Part shown: piece by piece, positions 12,001 through 24,394 of the stretch | Layout of the letters: the number at the start of each line of letters is the position of its first letter | Numbering within the stretch: the stretch's first letter is position 1 | Source of the DNA: Azolla caroliniana | Lineage: Eukaryota > Plantae > Polypodiophyta | DNA length: 64,000 bases | Direction of reading: 5' to 3' | Assembly (NCBI GenBank): GCA_043228905.1 | Contig: JBHGNT010000018.1 | Span: 11,842,001 to 11,906,000, forward strand | Made by a program: the position numbers and the translations under genes | Notes under the pieces: generated by a model | Told to the model about the DNA's origin: nothing | Database searches by the model: none | What the model saw: only the letters and a program-made list of their open reading frames with translations

Positions 12001-14119
12001 TAGGACAAATTCGGTGGCATAGCCGAATGCTCTGGTATCTGGAAGATCTGGCTACACCATTGCATGTCGCGGTACATCGGACACCGTTCCAATGGACGGA
12101 CACAGAAGACAAGGCTTACAGGGCACTAAAAGTACTATAATTGTCATAAGCGCCGATGGTGCAACCTCCGGATTGGTCTAAAGAGTTCCATTTGTTCGTT
12201 GATGCATCTAACATCGCAATCGTGAGCGTGCTTATGCAACTTAAAGAACCGAAGTGGTACCGTCTAGTGTATTATGCCAGCCGGAAGCTAGCCCAAGCAG
12301 AACGTAATTATTCCACAATGGAAAGAGAGGCCTTGGGCATGATCTACAGTGTCACCAAGTTTAGACACTATTTGTTGGGAAGGAAATTTTCCTTTCACGT
12401 CGATCATTCGGCGCTCCTCTATTTGGTGTCCAAAGCATCACTCACCAGTAAGCTAGCCCGGTGAACGTTACTATTACAAGAATTTGAGTTCGAGATATTC
12501 CACCGACCCAGCATACAACATGCGGTAGCAGACTATTTGAGCCAGTTAGATTCTGGCGAAACCAGTGACGGCGTCCCAGACGATTTCCCGGATGCAGAGC
12601 TGTTTAGAGTCATAGCAGAAACGACAACGGATGGTACGGTCGCAGAGGACGACAAGTGGCTCACCAACATGCACCAATTTTTGAGCATCGGCTTACCTCC
12701 GGAGGAGATGAACAGAGACGAGAGGAAACGCTTAGCGGTTCAAAGCCGGCACTTCTGTCTATTACAGGACACACTGTACCACAAAGGCGCAGATGGCATA
12801 TGGCGGCGTGCAGTGCGCAGCGACGAAAAGGACATAATATTGTGCGAAGCACACTGCGGAGTGGCTCAAGGACATTATGCTTGAGACGCTACAACAAGGA
12901 AAATATGGCAAAGTGGACTATGGTGGCCAACAACATTGAAGGATGCAGTCCGGTACGCTAAAACCTATGTCAGCGAATGGGCCAACCAACCGAACAAGCC
13001 AGGATGCCTCACCAGCCCGTGCTACCGTTAGAACCATTTCAGAAATGGGGGCTGGATTTTGTCGGTCCATTCAAACCACCAGCAATGAGAACCGGCAACC
13101 GGTACGTGATTATCGCTATGGATTATTGCACAAAATGGGTGGAAGCCAAAGCACTACACGACAACACAGCGACATCCACGGAATTTTTTTATATGAATAC
13201 ATTTGGTGTCGGTATGGGTGTCCGATAGAGCTAATAAGTGACCAAGGTGGGCACTTCTTAGGGCAAGTAGTGGAAATTTTGACGACATTCTATGTGGTGG
13301 TGCTCAAACGGAGCACTCCCTATTATCCGCAAGCCAACGGATTAGCCGAGTCAACAAATAAAACACTACATAACATCCTTCGGAAAATCGTCCATGAGAA
13401 CTGGACGGATTGGGATAGAAAGCTACACAGTGCACTCTGGGCCTATCGAACGGCATATAAGACAAGTATCCGCACAACACCATTTTGCCTAGCATTCGGA
13501 TTGGAAGCAGTGATGCCGGTTGAGTTCCAGGTACCGAGTTTACGAATACAAATTCGGGAACGCCTAAATGAGAAGGAATCGGAAGCAATCCAGTTAGCCG
13601 CGCTGTGCGAATTGGAAGAACACCGGCTAGCCAACATCATGCCACCTAGAACTTGAGCAACGGCAAAGGAAAGCATTCGTGGATCGTCACCGAAAAGGGA
13701 ACGAAAAGATGTTCGGAATCGGTAAGCCGGTACTAGTATTCCACACCCAGATGGGTAAGATGCCGAGGAAGCTACGGTTTCGGTGGACCGGACCATACTG
13801 GATCACACGTGAGTTCAAGGGTTCCTACTAGTTAGGGACACTCGCCAGCGAGGTTCTGGATAAATGGGTTAATGGGTTTCGACTCAAACCATACAATGGA
13901 CCCATGCCAAGAAACCCATTTGAACAAGTAAAGGCCGACACAAAACCGGACACCGGTAAGTCGGAAGAGACGGCAACACGTTTAGCAAACGGCAAACGTG
14001 AAGCCGGTAAGAGGGAGCACGAGCTGGCAAACGGCAAGAACGACGCAACGGCAAGCAGTCCATCGGCCGGCAAATCCCACAATTCGGATAGGGGTCCGGT
14101 GGGACCGGATGCGAATTAA
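9047..14119 (+). pseudogene. pol: gag-pol of gypsy A (multiple stops and frameshifts; RT YxDD motif degenerated to FLDN)
   Basis: ORFs 8820-9674 (double Cys/His knuckle), 10305-10688, 10716-11594, 11601-12140, 12156-12464, 12537-12884, 12943-13656. Confidence 0.9.
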
Positions 14120-14131
14120 CCAAACAGTGTA

Positions 14132-14180
14132 TAAAAAAAATCAAAATCAAAATCAAAATCAAATCAAATCAAATCAAATC
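14132..14180 (+). repeat. (AAAATC/AAATC)n microsatellite just after the gypsy A pol stop
   Basis: Seen directly in the sequence. Confidence 0.9.
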
Positions 14181-15551
14181 ATAGTAAATCATGCAAGGGT
14201 GAGGTGTGAACGGACACATGCAAGAACAAGGAGTGAACAGGCACTTTGAAAAGGTACGTAGTGGGCTATTAATAGGGTATTAAACCGCGGCCACATGGCA
14301 CGTCATTCTATTCTAGTACACGACGTGCACACGCGCGGGTAAGAAAAAACAGGCGCCAACATGCAACAAGAAAAACCCCACCGCATAAAGGTCTTCACAT
14401 TTCGCGAACAGAGGAGCACAAACGTAGACAAGCGATTGGAGATCATCAGACGCGAGCCCACGCAGACAGAGCCTCCTCACACACATCCCTCACCAGCACT
14501 CACCGACCTCGAAGAAGCCATGGATTGCCAAGCACTCTCTGAAGTAGCCAAGAAGTGGCTAAGGCAACACGGGTTAGAAGGTTTCTCACGATCATGGAGG
14601 CACCACCGCACCGGGAGGCGGAGATGATAGTAAAGGAAATTGACACAGAGCTAATCACGGAGGAGGCCATCCATGCTTTGATTGGCCTTCCGGAGGGGGG
14701 CATCTTCACTATCGACAACCCTACCCTGGAGCAGCTCCGAAAATATTTTGGCAAATACTCTCTAGCCAGCAAGGCCTACAGGACACATGGCGGCGAAGAT
14801 ACATTATTTCAAGAGATTGCTCGTTTGCTCCATGAATTTGGACATGTATACCCTCGACCCCCGTGCATGCCTCACAACCGAGCCGGCTTAGTCACAGCAA
14901 CGTATGAAGGCGTGAAGGTGGACTGGCTGGTACTAATTGCGGATAGCCTCTATGTGGCCATCGACTCTGTAAGAGGCAAGGAGGGTCGAAAAATATGGAC
15001 TGCAGTGGCGCAATGGCTCACCCTATTGGCGCCACCTATCGAGCCTGCCAAGACCACGAAGCGGGGGAGGACGACCGAAGGCACCCCCAAAAAGGCTTCG
15101 AAACGGTAGCAGTTGTTGGCTTCTAAGGCACCCAAAGGGAAGGCAGCGGACACAGACAAGGCGGCAAAAGAGCACGCCAATAGGAAGCGGCAGGCGGAAA
15201 CGCGAGAGGAGACACCGACACGACCAATCAAGATCAGATTTCACCAACCGGTTCAACAAGAGCCGGACCCCTTGGCAGCAAAGATCAATATCGGAACTCA
15301 GGAGGAGGAAGCGGAGGAGGAACCGTTAGAGCACCTCTAGCGGCGCCAGAAGGGAAACACCGTAGAACAGGCCGGGGAGAGTTCAGACCCAAAGAAGGAT
15401 GGAACGCCTCTACCCCGCACTGAGCACCCCGCACCAAGGGTGGAACCGGAACCGGTTTGGACAGAACCGGTCACAGAGCTCCCTCCACAACAAGCTATAC
15501 CGGCGGATCAGGATACGGCAAGACCCGAAATTCAAGCGCCGGCAATACAGT

Positions 15552-16016
15552 TGTTACGGGCATGACCATATAATATCCCGTGGTGAGAATTGTCGTAGTA
15601 TTCTATACACGTGGATAAGTGTGAGGGTTAAACAAAGAGTCTAAAGAAGGGGAGGATTACTTTTAATCCTCGGGATTGAGACAACCCATGAGGCCAAGTG
15701 TGAACATGGCTGGGGGCCTTGAGAATTACTATAAATAAGAGGCCTAGCTACCCTCATTTGGGCATGCATTGACTACGTCGAGACTCTGTCCGTGAGTGGA
15801 ACGACTCTTGTAGCAAGCGCGCTATCGTCCAGGTACGACTCGACGCCAAGGCGGTGGTATGGGACGCCGATCGAGGCTCGAGTCCGTCTCGATCCCTTCG
15901 CTCGGGGATGGTCGGGTGGATCGGCACCCTTCTTTCTCTCTTTTCTCTCTATTCTTTCTAGATCTATCATTGATATATCCTTATTTTATGCTTACTTTAG
16001 TACCTAATCTCTAATA
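15552..16016 (+). repeat. Chromovirus 5' LTR
   Basis: Near-identical to 22134-22598; TATAAATA near 15730. Confidence 0.97.
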
Positions 16017-16136
16017 TTTGGTATCAGAGCCTATGTACTAACGTTTCTTTTGGTTTTCTTTTTGTCTTCGCGTGGGATGGCGATTGATCGTTGTGCGGTC
16101 GCCTTCATGCAGACAAGGATTAGCGAAAGAACTTCG

Positions 16137-17700
16137 GTAAATTTTCCTTAATTTTTTATCTAATTTTTCTTCTCCCTTCTATACATGTGTATACTTAATA
16201 TGTAGTTTTTTTTTCATATATTCAATGATGTTGACGTGGTATTTAATTGGTTATCTTAAACGTTTACATATGTCCACGAGGTCAATACCTCGTTTGACAT
16301 ATAAATCATATGTGATGAGTGTCGTATGCGTACGAGGTTACTACCTCAATTGCGTATTACGTTCACGAACATATGTTACGTTCGCGTACGAGGTCAATAC
16401 CTCGCTTCGTTCGAAATGATATGCGTTGGATTTACTATGCGTAAGAGGTCAATACCTCAATTGCGAATTACGCTTAACCTTATTTTCGGATGTTTCGTGT
16501 GCGTAGAGGTATATGCCTCGATTACGTATCCCGAATACATCATTGTTGGCTATATAAAAAAAACGATTCATTTAGTATACGCATATGTGGTCACTTATAT
16601 ACGTCTCTGATCGTATATATGTGATATATTGACATATGTGTATATTTTAGATTACGTGATTCATATCAAATGTTTTCCTAATTGGGGAGAGGATTTTGGT
16701 GGCCGTCCTCACATTTTTGTGAGAATGGCGTTGTCACCATCCCTTTTATCAACAATTTTTATTGTTGAAATTCCCGTTGGTCACTTTGATATTTCGTTCC
16801 GTAACGAACCTCGTATAGCCAAAATGATGTTGAATACGTCGGGCTTGATCCACATCAAGTAGGGTCGCTCTAATGACACACGTATCCAACATCTCCCCTC
16901 GTTACATGGATACGATGCCACCATGAGCTCGTTCTTACGAGCGCCATTCGTAATGATGTGACCATGTGATGGGCCACATGAGCCTACGAAGACACAAGGG
17001 CTCATTCGGCTTGACCATTAGGTTACACTTTGGCATATGCCATTGTACTTACGAGGCTTGAGGGTAGGTAGCGTACAACCATAGTGGGTAATAAATGAGG
17101 GAGAAATAAGGCCACTTGACCTATATGTTTCTTTTAAAAAAAACATATAGGGGCAAATGCCTCGCATATCTCGAATACGCCTCAAACATTAAATATTCAA
17201 GACGCGCAATCTACTTGGTTGGCTCAAGTGTTTAATGTATTTGTCCTCGAGGTCTCGAGTTCAAATATGACCAACACCATACAACATCGTTGATACATAT
17301 GACTATAATACATGTTTAGACTTTAGGTCTAAGTGCACTTCGGGGTCCTCGTAATAGGACTTAAAGAGCCGAAACCACATATGTGGGCACAGAAACATAG
17401 TTATTGTTAACATTTTTTTCGTGTATAAACTATTCATGACGCGAACATACATGGTTGAGCCTCGGGGAGCCGCCATGAAAAAATCGATATAGAGATCAGG
17501 GAAAGGCATTCATTTGTCACCCCCATGGTTTTTAAAACACCTCTGTGTTACCATAGTAACCTGATCTTGAACCTCATCTCATACGTCTAGAGGGGTATTG
17601 ACGTGAGATCATGATATCGATTAATGTTTGCCCATGATATGTTTACACCACGACAAGATGTTATGACTATTTGTCTGACCTTATCTTATTTCTTTGCCAG
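16137..17700 (+). other. Putative intron in the chromovirus 5' leader
   Basis: G|GTAAAT donor followed by a T-rich tract; CTGAC branch point at 17675; polypyrimidine tract and CAG acceptor at 17700, 13 nt before ATG 17714. Confidence 0.55.
16270..16525 (+). repeat. Array of five GAGGT-NNNN-ACCTC hairpins at about 56-bp spacing in the chromovirus leader
   Basis: Stems start at 16278, 16334, 16390, 16445, 16506; the sequences between them are dissimilar. Confidence 0.85.
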
Positions 17701-17713
17701 AAATAATCATTCA

Positions 17714-20700
17714 ATGGCTCAGAATAACGACCCGATGCCCTCCGCTCAAGCGGAAAGACCTCAAGGAAATCCTCCTGGGACAATGTCCATTGAGGCGTAT
17801 ATTTTACAAGTACAACATTTCCTTAGTTCAACCGCGCAGCAGTTGACCGAATTTCGGCAATCTCAAAGTGCTCTCGAGGCACGAGTCATTAGTCTCCAAA
17901 ATGAGATTAATAGACCTGATGAGCGTCAGGGTGAACCATCATTTGTCGTAAAGCCATTTACGGGAGATAAAAAGGAAAGAACCGAAGAAGCAATCTGCAC
18001 GTGGCTGGGCCGATGGGAGTCTCATTTTGAGCTCTATCCCACGCCAGATAGTACGAAGATTGCATATGTTGGCCGAGAACTAGGGGGTAAGGCCGCCGCT
18101 TGGTGGCGTGGGCTCCGAACTTTGGGGAGATTGCCCGAGACCTGGACAGACTTTGTCACAGTTTTCAAGGGTCAATTTCTACAACCTCCCTCTCGAACCG
18201 AGGCAGCACAAGCTTTAATGAACCTCTCTAGCAGGAAGTTTTCCTCGCTAGAAGACTATGTCCACCATGCTAGAACCCAAATCCAAAAATCGGGTCTAGA
18301 AGGGGACAATTGGTTAATAGCTTGTTTTGTCAATGGCATCCCCAATTCGGACTATCACTGGATAGTGCACGATAAGGATCCAAAATCCTTCGAAGAGGCC
18401 GTTGAGATAGTTCTTCGCTATCAACGCACTTCGAAGAAGGACCATAACAAACCCAACGAAGCGCCCGGGACTAAGCAGTCGCAATTCGTTGGGAAACGCA
18501 AGACACCCAACGAATTCATGGATCGCGATTATAAGCGACAACATCCTTTTTGCGTATTCTGCAAAAAGAAGGGTCATACAAAAGAGCAATGTCGTAAGCT
18601 CCAACGAAAAGAGCACGATGCCAAATCTAAAGCTACAGACCATAAAGGTCAGATTCCTAATGTCCTTCAGGTCTATACACATCATTTGAGTAATTGTCAA
18701 TGTTCTTTCCCTCATTATGTATTGGGTTCCAATGATTTACTACGTGCAAACGGGTATATCAATGGATCTCCCGTACAATTTTTATTTGATTCGGGAAGCT
18801 CACACAATTTTGTGAATGATTGTTTGGTACAGATATGGGGAATCCAACCCACCGTAAGTGATCACACCTACACGGTGCACTTGGCTGATGGAAGAGTACA
18901 ACACATCAACGGGGCGATTCATTCTTTAGGAATTTCTATTGATACCTATATAGAGGAAGTAGACTTCCATGTAATGAATCTTAGTACCACCGATGTAATA
19001 CTGGGTTATCCCTGGTTTTATAATAAAAGCTCTTCTTTATTTATTGATTGGGTTCGCCATTCCATTTCTTTTGTACTCAACGATTGTACGCATTTTATTC
19101 AATGTGTAACAAAACAATCCCTCTCGATTGTTTCCTCCTGTCCATCAATATCCGAGTTGTCTTGTTCTACGTTATTTTATTGTGTACTTGATCCGGACAT
19201 TCACGTTTACAATATCGATAATGTCTCGGGTCAATTAACATATTTTGAACAAAAACAACTTGATGAAATCGTAAACGATTTTCGTGATGTTTTTCCGAGT
19301 GAACTACCCGATGGTTTACCTCCTAAACGTAATATAGACCATCGTATAGATATTGTACCTGGCATTGCACCCATTAGTATACCTCCGTATCGCCTACATC
19401 GATCTGAAGAGGATGAGGTAGCTAAGCAACTTAAGGACTATTTACGAATGGGTTATATACGTTATAGTAAATCTCCATGGGGTGCACCAGTTCTCTTGGT
19501 TAAAAAGAAAGAGGGCACATGGCGTATGTGTATTAATTACCGACGCTTGAATAAAGTGACGATCAAGAATTCGTACCCATTGCCCCGGGCTGACGATCTA
19601 ATTGACCGTCTCCAGGGAGCTCGGTATTTTACGAAATTTGATCTCCGTACTGGCTACCATCAAATACAAATAAGTGAGGACGATGTTCCTAAAACAGCAT
19701 TTCGTACGCGCTACGGCCATTATGAGTTTTTGGTTATGCCTTTTGGTTTGACCAATGCTCCGGCTACATTTCAACAAGAAATGAATGACATTTTCCGAGA
19801 ACAACTTGGAAAATTTGTCGTTATCTTCTTAGATGATATTTTAGTTTATAGCCGTACATTACAAGAACATGCTAGACATGTCCGCTTTGTTTTACAAATA
19901 TTGCGTGACAAACAATTTTACGCGAAGATCTCAAAATGTGAGTTCTTCAAGAAATCAATTACTTATCTTGGACATCTCATAACCGAACGAGGAGTTGAAA
20001 TTGATCCTTCTCGCATCGAGAAAATCAAGCTTTGGCCCACTCTTCGGAATATTCGAGAAGTTCGATCATTCCTTGGTTTTGTCGGATTTTTGCGAAAATC
20101 TCTTCGTAATTACTCACAATTGACGACGCCGTTTACTGATCTTCTAAAAGGTCAAACGCGTAAGTCTACAAAACCTATTGTGTGGAATGCTACACTAGAC
20201 CTCGCCTTTAAGGAACTCAAGGACTTGGTATGCAAGGCTCCTTCACTTCTTTTACCCGATCCTTCAAAACCTTTTGAGGTTGAAACCGACGCAAGCGATT
20301 ATGCTATAGGTGCTGTCTTGTATCAAGATGGTAAACCAATAGCATTCGAGAGTAAGAAACTTGATTCTGCTCAATGTCGGTATACCGTTCAAGAAAAGGA
20401 ATTATTTGCGGTTATACATGCGCTCAAAACATGGCGCCATTATCTTTATGGAAATCGCTTTGTGGTAACTACGAACCACGAGTCCTTGAAATATTTTTGT
20501 GACCAACAACACCTGAAAGGTCGTAAGGCACGATGGGCTGATCTCATCCAGGACTTTGATTTTTCCATACGATATCGTAAAGGTTCCATGAATACTGTCG
20601 CTGATGCACTAAGTCGCATCCGTGAAGTTAACATGCTTAGCTTCACTGAAATAACATCAGATCTTTATGATCACCTTCGAGGAAAGTATCCTGATGACAA

Positions 20701-22147
20701 TTATTTTGCAAAATACTGGGCAAGAGTCGAGTCTGGAACAGACACCACCACACCCTCGAAGGAATACTTCCACATTGCTAACGGTCTGCTCTACCGTAAT
20801 GGGAAGGTTTGTGTTCCAGATTTACCTGAGGTCAAAAAGAGAATTCTTTTTGAATGCCATGATGCACCCGCAGCAGGGCACCCTGGAATACATCGTACAC
20901 TCGTTCTCATCTCCACTCAATTTTATTGGCCTAAGATGCGTCCTGACATACATAGCTATGTGACTAAATGTCACCAATGTCAGGTTAACAAAGCCGAGCG
21001 ACTTAAAGCCGCAGGACTTTTACATCCCTTGGACATTCCCAATAATAAGTGGGAAAGTATATCCATGGATTTTATTGTTAGCCTTCCTCGCACCCAAAAA
21101 GGTCATGATGCCATATGGGTTGTGGTTGACAGACTAACTAAAATGGCCAGATTTATTGCTACTAAAACCACGGTAACAGCTCCTGAATTGGCTTACCAAT
21201 TCGTTGATGAGTTATTTCGTTTTTACGGGTTACCGATGGATATCGTAAGTGACCGAGATCCGAAGTTTACTAGTGACTTCTGGACGCAAGTCTTTAAGAA
21301 GTTAGAAACTACGTTGAGCATGAGCTCCACGGATCATCCTCAATCCGATGGACAGACAGAACGAGTAAATCAAATTATTGAGGACATGCTTCGAGCATAC
21401 GTTGGTGCAAAACCAACAAAATGGGAACGTTACCTCCCAATTTTGGAGTTTGCTTATAACAGCTCCAAGCATACGTCGACGGGATATAGTCCTTTTATGT
21501 TGATGTATGGATTTCAGCCACGAGCCCCGATTGATGTTAATATACATCATGATGAGTTGCGTAGTACGCAAAACTTTCTTCGGGATATGCAAGATATGTT
21601 GCATATTGCACGGGATAATATAAAAACAGCTCAAGATAGAGCGCGTTTTTATGCCGATCATCACAGGCAACCTCGTGTATTCAGCCCTGGACAGAAGGTA
21701 TTTTTACGTGTATCTCACAATTCTAAGACATTGTCTACGGGTAAGTGCGCTAAGTTAGCCCCACGGTTTTGTGGACCTTTTACAGTCCTCAAACGCATTG
21801 GATCATCAGCCTATCGTCGCGCTCTTCCCGATGGTGTTGGAATCCATCCAGTCTTTCATGTAAGTCGTCTAAAAGAACTTCTAGGTTCTGGCGACAATAC
21901 AGTTACAACTGAAACTCTGGTTACTTCTGAAGATTTATCTTCTAAACCACATGTACCAGAAAGAATTCTCGATGTTAAAACAAAAAAATTACGTGCTAAG
22001 GAAATCCGAGAATTTAAAATAAAATGGATGGATAAATCAATCAAAGATGCCACATGGGAACGCGAAACGACTCTAAGAACTAACTTCCCTAACTTTCCAT
22101 TGCAAGAGTGCAATGTTTTAAAGAGGGGGAGTATGTTAGGGGCATGA
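17714..22147 (+). CDS. pol: Single-frame Gag-Pol polyprotein: Gag, CCHC knuckle, protease, RT, RNase H, integrase, chromodomain (ORF track starts it at 17624)
   Basis: Uninterrupted 1507-aa ORF; [51 protein letters not shown]-terminal PERILD...IKW...DATWE. Confidence 0.95.
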   Translation: MAQNNDPMPSAQAERPQGNPPGTMSIEAYILQVQHFLSSTAQQLTEFRQSQSALEARVISLQNEINRPDERQGEPSFVVKPFTGDKKERTEEAICTWLGRWESHFELYPTPDSTKIAYVGRELGGKAAAWWRGLRTLGRLPETWTDFVTVFKGQFLQPPSRTEAAQALMNLSSRKFSSLEDYVHHARTQIQKSGLEGDNWLIACFVNGIPNSDYHWIVHDKDPKSFEEAVEIVLRYQRTSKKDHNKPNEAPGTKQSQFVGKRKTPNEFMDRDYKRQHPFCVFCKKKGHTKEQCRKLQRKEHDAKSKATDHKGQIPNVLQVYTHHLSNCQCSFPHYVLGSNDLLRANGYINGSPVQFLFDSGSSHNFVNDCLVQIWGIQPTVSDHTYTVHLADGRVQHINGAIHSLGISIDTYIEEVDFHVMNLSTTDVILGYPWFYNKSSSLFIDWVRHSISFVLNDCTHFIQCVTKQSLSIVSSCPSISELSCSTLFYCVLDPDIHVYNIDNVSGQLTYFEQKQLDEIVNDFRDVFPSELPDGLPPKRNIDHRIDIVPGIAPISIPPYRLHRSEEDEVAKQLKDYLRMGYIRYSKSPWGAPVLLVKKKEGTWRMCINYRRLNKVTIKNSYPLPRADDLIDRLQGARYFTKFDLRTGYHQIQISEDDVPKTAFRTRYGHYEFLVMPFGLTNAPATFQQEMNDIFREQLGKFVVIFLDDILVYSRTLQEHARHVRFVLQILRDKQFYAKISKCEFFKKSITYLGHLITERGVEIDPSRIEKIKLWPTLRNIREVRSFLGFVGFLRKSLRNYSQLTTPFTDLLKGQTRKSTKPIVWNATLDLAFKELKDLVCKAPSLLLPDPSKPFEVETDASDYAIGAVLYQDGKPIAFESKKLDSAQCRYTVQEKELFAVIHALKTWRHYLYGNRFVVTTNHESLKYFCDQQHLKGRKARWADLIQDFDFSIRYRKGSMNTVADALSRIREVNMLSFTEITSDLYDHLRGKYPDDNYFAKYWARVESGTDTTTPSKEYFHIANGLLYRNGKVCVPDLPEVKKRILFECHDAPAAGHPGIHRTLVLISTQFYWPKMRPDIHSYVTKCHQCQVNKAERLKAAGLLHPLDIPNNKWESISMDFIVSLPRTQKGHDAIWVVVDRLTKMARFIATKTTVTAPELAYQFVDELFRFYGLPMDIVSDRDPKFTSDFWTQVFKKLETTLSMSSTDHPQSDGQTERVNQIIEDMLRAYVGAKPTKWERYLPILEFAYNSSKHTSTGYSPFMLMYGFQPRAPIDVNIHHDELRSTQNFLRDMQDMLHIARDNIKTAQDRARFYADHHRQPRVFSPGQKVFLRVSHNSKTLSTGKCAKLAPRFCGPFTVLKRIGSSAYRRALPDGVGIHPVFHVSRLKELLGSGDNTVTTETLVTSEDLSSKPHVPERILDVKTKKLRAKEIREFKIKWMDKSIKDATWERETTLRTNFPNFPLQECNVLKRGSMLGA

Positions 22148-22598
22148 CCATATAATATCCCGTGGTGAGAATTGTCGTAGTATTCTATACACGTGGATAA
22201 GTGTGAGGGTTAAACAAAGAGTCTAAAGAAGGGGAGGATTACTTTTAATCCTCGGGATTGAGACAACCCATGAGGCCAAGTGTGAACATGGCTGGGGGCC
22301 TTGAGAATTACTATAAATAAGAGGCCTAGCTACCCTCATTTGGGCATGCATTGACTACGTCGAGACTCTGTCCGTGAGTGGAACGACTCTTGTAGCAAGC
22401 GCGCTATCGTCCAGGTACGACTCGACGCCAAGGCGGTGGTATGGGACGCCGATCGAGGCTCGAGTCCGTCTCGATCCCTTCGCTCGGGGGTGGTCGGGTG
22501 GATCGGCACCCTTCTTTCTCTCTTTTCTCTCTATTCTTTCTAGATCTATCATTGATATATCCTTATTTTATGCTTACTTTAGTACCTAATCTCTAATA
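22134..22598 (+). repeat. Chromovirus 3' LTR
   Basis: Follows the PPT; near-identical to the 5' LTR. Confidence 0.97.
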
Positions 22599-24394
22599 AC
22601 AGTTGTCTCCCGCACCGGCAGGTCAAGCGCAATCAGAGGCATACCGAGGTGCAACCGGAACCAGAACGGCAAAGTGGTCACCAACCAGAGACAGAGTTGC
22701 AGCTCAACGCCAATGGCTCCGGTGGATTGGAGAACAGATTGTCGGAGTGGTGCACTACATAGAGGAGGAAGAGAAAGCGCAGATGGACCGGTTGCTAGTC
22801 ACAACCGGAGAACTAGAGACGGCCCGGTCGAGGATCCGAAGCCTAGAACAAGACTTGGACCTGGCCACAGAAGAATTGGCCAAAATGGCCTTAACCGAAC
22901 CACAGGTCCAAGCACCGGTGACTCTGGTAGATGTACAAAATAAAGACATGCCAACTTCTATACATAGCAATAAGACCCCGGAGACGGCACCAGTCCCAGA
23001 GACAGTGGCGGCGCAAGCAAAAGAGCTTGCCGAATTCAAAGATGAACTGGCTGCACAAGAAGCATTACGCACCCAAGAAAAGGACTTGAAGAAAGCAGCA
23101 GAAGAAGAACAAAGAAAGATTGTTGAGAACCTCGGTCGGGCAGAAGAGAATCTGTGGAAACGACATCAGGCATATGACCGACTTAAGGAGGAGAAAGAGA
23201 AAGTGTTGTAGGAAAAGGATAAGCTGCGACTGATGGCGGAAACGGAGATTCAAAGGCTTAAAGAAGAACTCCGTCAACAGAAAGATTGGAAAGACCACGC
23301 TCGTCGGGAACTCAAGTAGAAGCTGAAGTAGAAGACCGATGATTTTGAGCACCTGCATCAGGACTATAAGCACCTGGATACGGAGCATAAGAAGCAGCAG
23401 GAGAAGATGGCAGAGCTCCGGCAGGAAGTTCATCGAGCCGAGACAGCGCTAGCTGAAGAACGGGCTGAAAGAACAACGCTACTGGAGGAAGCCGCGCAGG
23501 AACGTATGGAGCTCCATAAGCAACAATATGAAGAAAAGGAAAGAGCGAAAATGGTATTGCAGAGGTTGCAGAACACCTACCAAAACCAATTGTCACATTA
23601 CCGGGAGCAGGAGGCGGACACGGTGACACTGATCAAGCAATTGAAGGAAGAACGGCAAGCCGTGGAGGACAAATCGAAGATGGGACTTGAGTGGATCCAG
23701 TTCATTGTCCAGGCATGGAGGAACAAGACAAAATGCTTGATTAACGAAAGCTCCGCGCAATGGTGGGACAAATGGGCAAAGCACACAGCCGAGCTCCAAT
23801 TGCTAAGGACGGACGCGGAAAAGCGACAGAAGGATGGCGACGACTACGACATGCTAACAAAAGAGGACTTCACCGCCGTAAGAGATGAGTTAGCAGAAGA
23901 CTTTTGTAACTCTGGCGGAGGAACAGTCAACAGTGGTCCGACAACTGGTAGCACAGCTAGTTGATGATCGACTCGATGTTCAAATCCAATTTGAATGCTA
24001 TGAGCGAACCAGGCTACGACAAGAAGAAGCAAGGCAGGCGGCGACCGTCAACCTCAGCGATGAGGAGCCATCGCCGGGGCAAGGACCAGACAGAGACAAG
24101 GCCGGGGCGATTCAACCGGAGTCAAATCCGGCAGAGCAGCTGACAGAGGAATCACCGCCACAACCGCTGGTACCGGGAGCCAAACAGACGCCATCCAAGG
24201 AGCAACAGTCGGAGAAGCCAGAGCCGGTGCAACAACAGTTACAACCACAACAGCAGCAGCCACAACAACAACAACAGATTCCCAAAGAACCATTGGACAC
24301 CTTGGAGCAGAGTATTTTGGATATCTTGGACGAAGGCTAAGGTACTATCCCATGGGCTTTGACGTACAAGGTACTATCCCATGGGCTTGGCATG

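Larger units (their letters stand above)
15552..22598 (+). mobile_element. Young full-length Ty3/gypsy chromovirus
   Basis: 465-bp LTRs at 15552-16016 and 22134-22598 with 2 differences seen; perfect TSD ACAGT; iMet PBS at 16019-16030; PPT AAAGAGGGGGAG at 22120-22131. Confidence 0.98.
14520..24340 (+). pseudogene. ORF2 of gypsy A (about 900 aa: PMD/env-like N-terminus, long coiled coil, Q-rich tail), split by the chromovirus at 15552-22598
   Basis: ORFs 14555-15109, 15113-15340, 22603-23211, 23407-23964, 23933-24340; frame rejoins across the ACAGT TSD (IQAPAIQ-LSPAP). Confidence 0.75.

Noticed and set aside
15773-16007. Small ORFs duplicated at 22355-22589
   Set aside because: Identical only because they lie in the two LTRs; non-ATG starts and no motifs
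16270-16525. CRISPR array
   Set aside because: The repeat-spacer look is real, but the repeats are short and imperfect, there are no cas genes, and it lies inside a plant LTR element; kept as a hairpin array
14520-24340. True retroviral envelope gene
   Set aside because: No signal peptide, furin site or transmembrane anchor is evident
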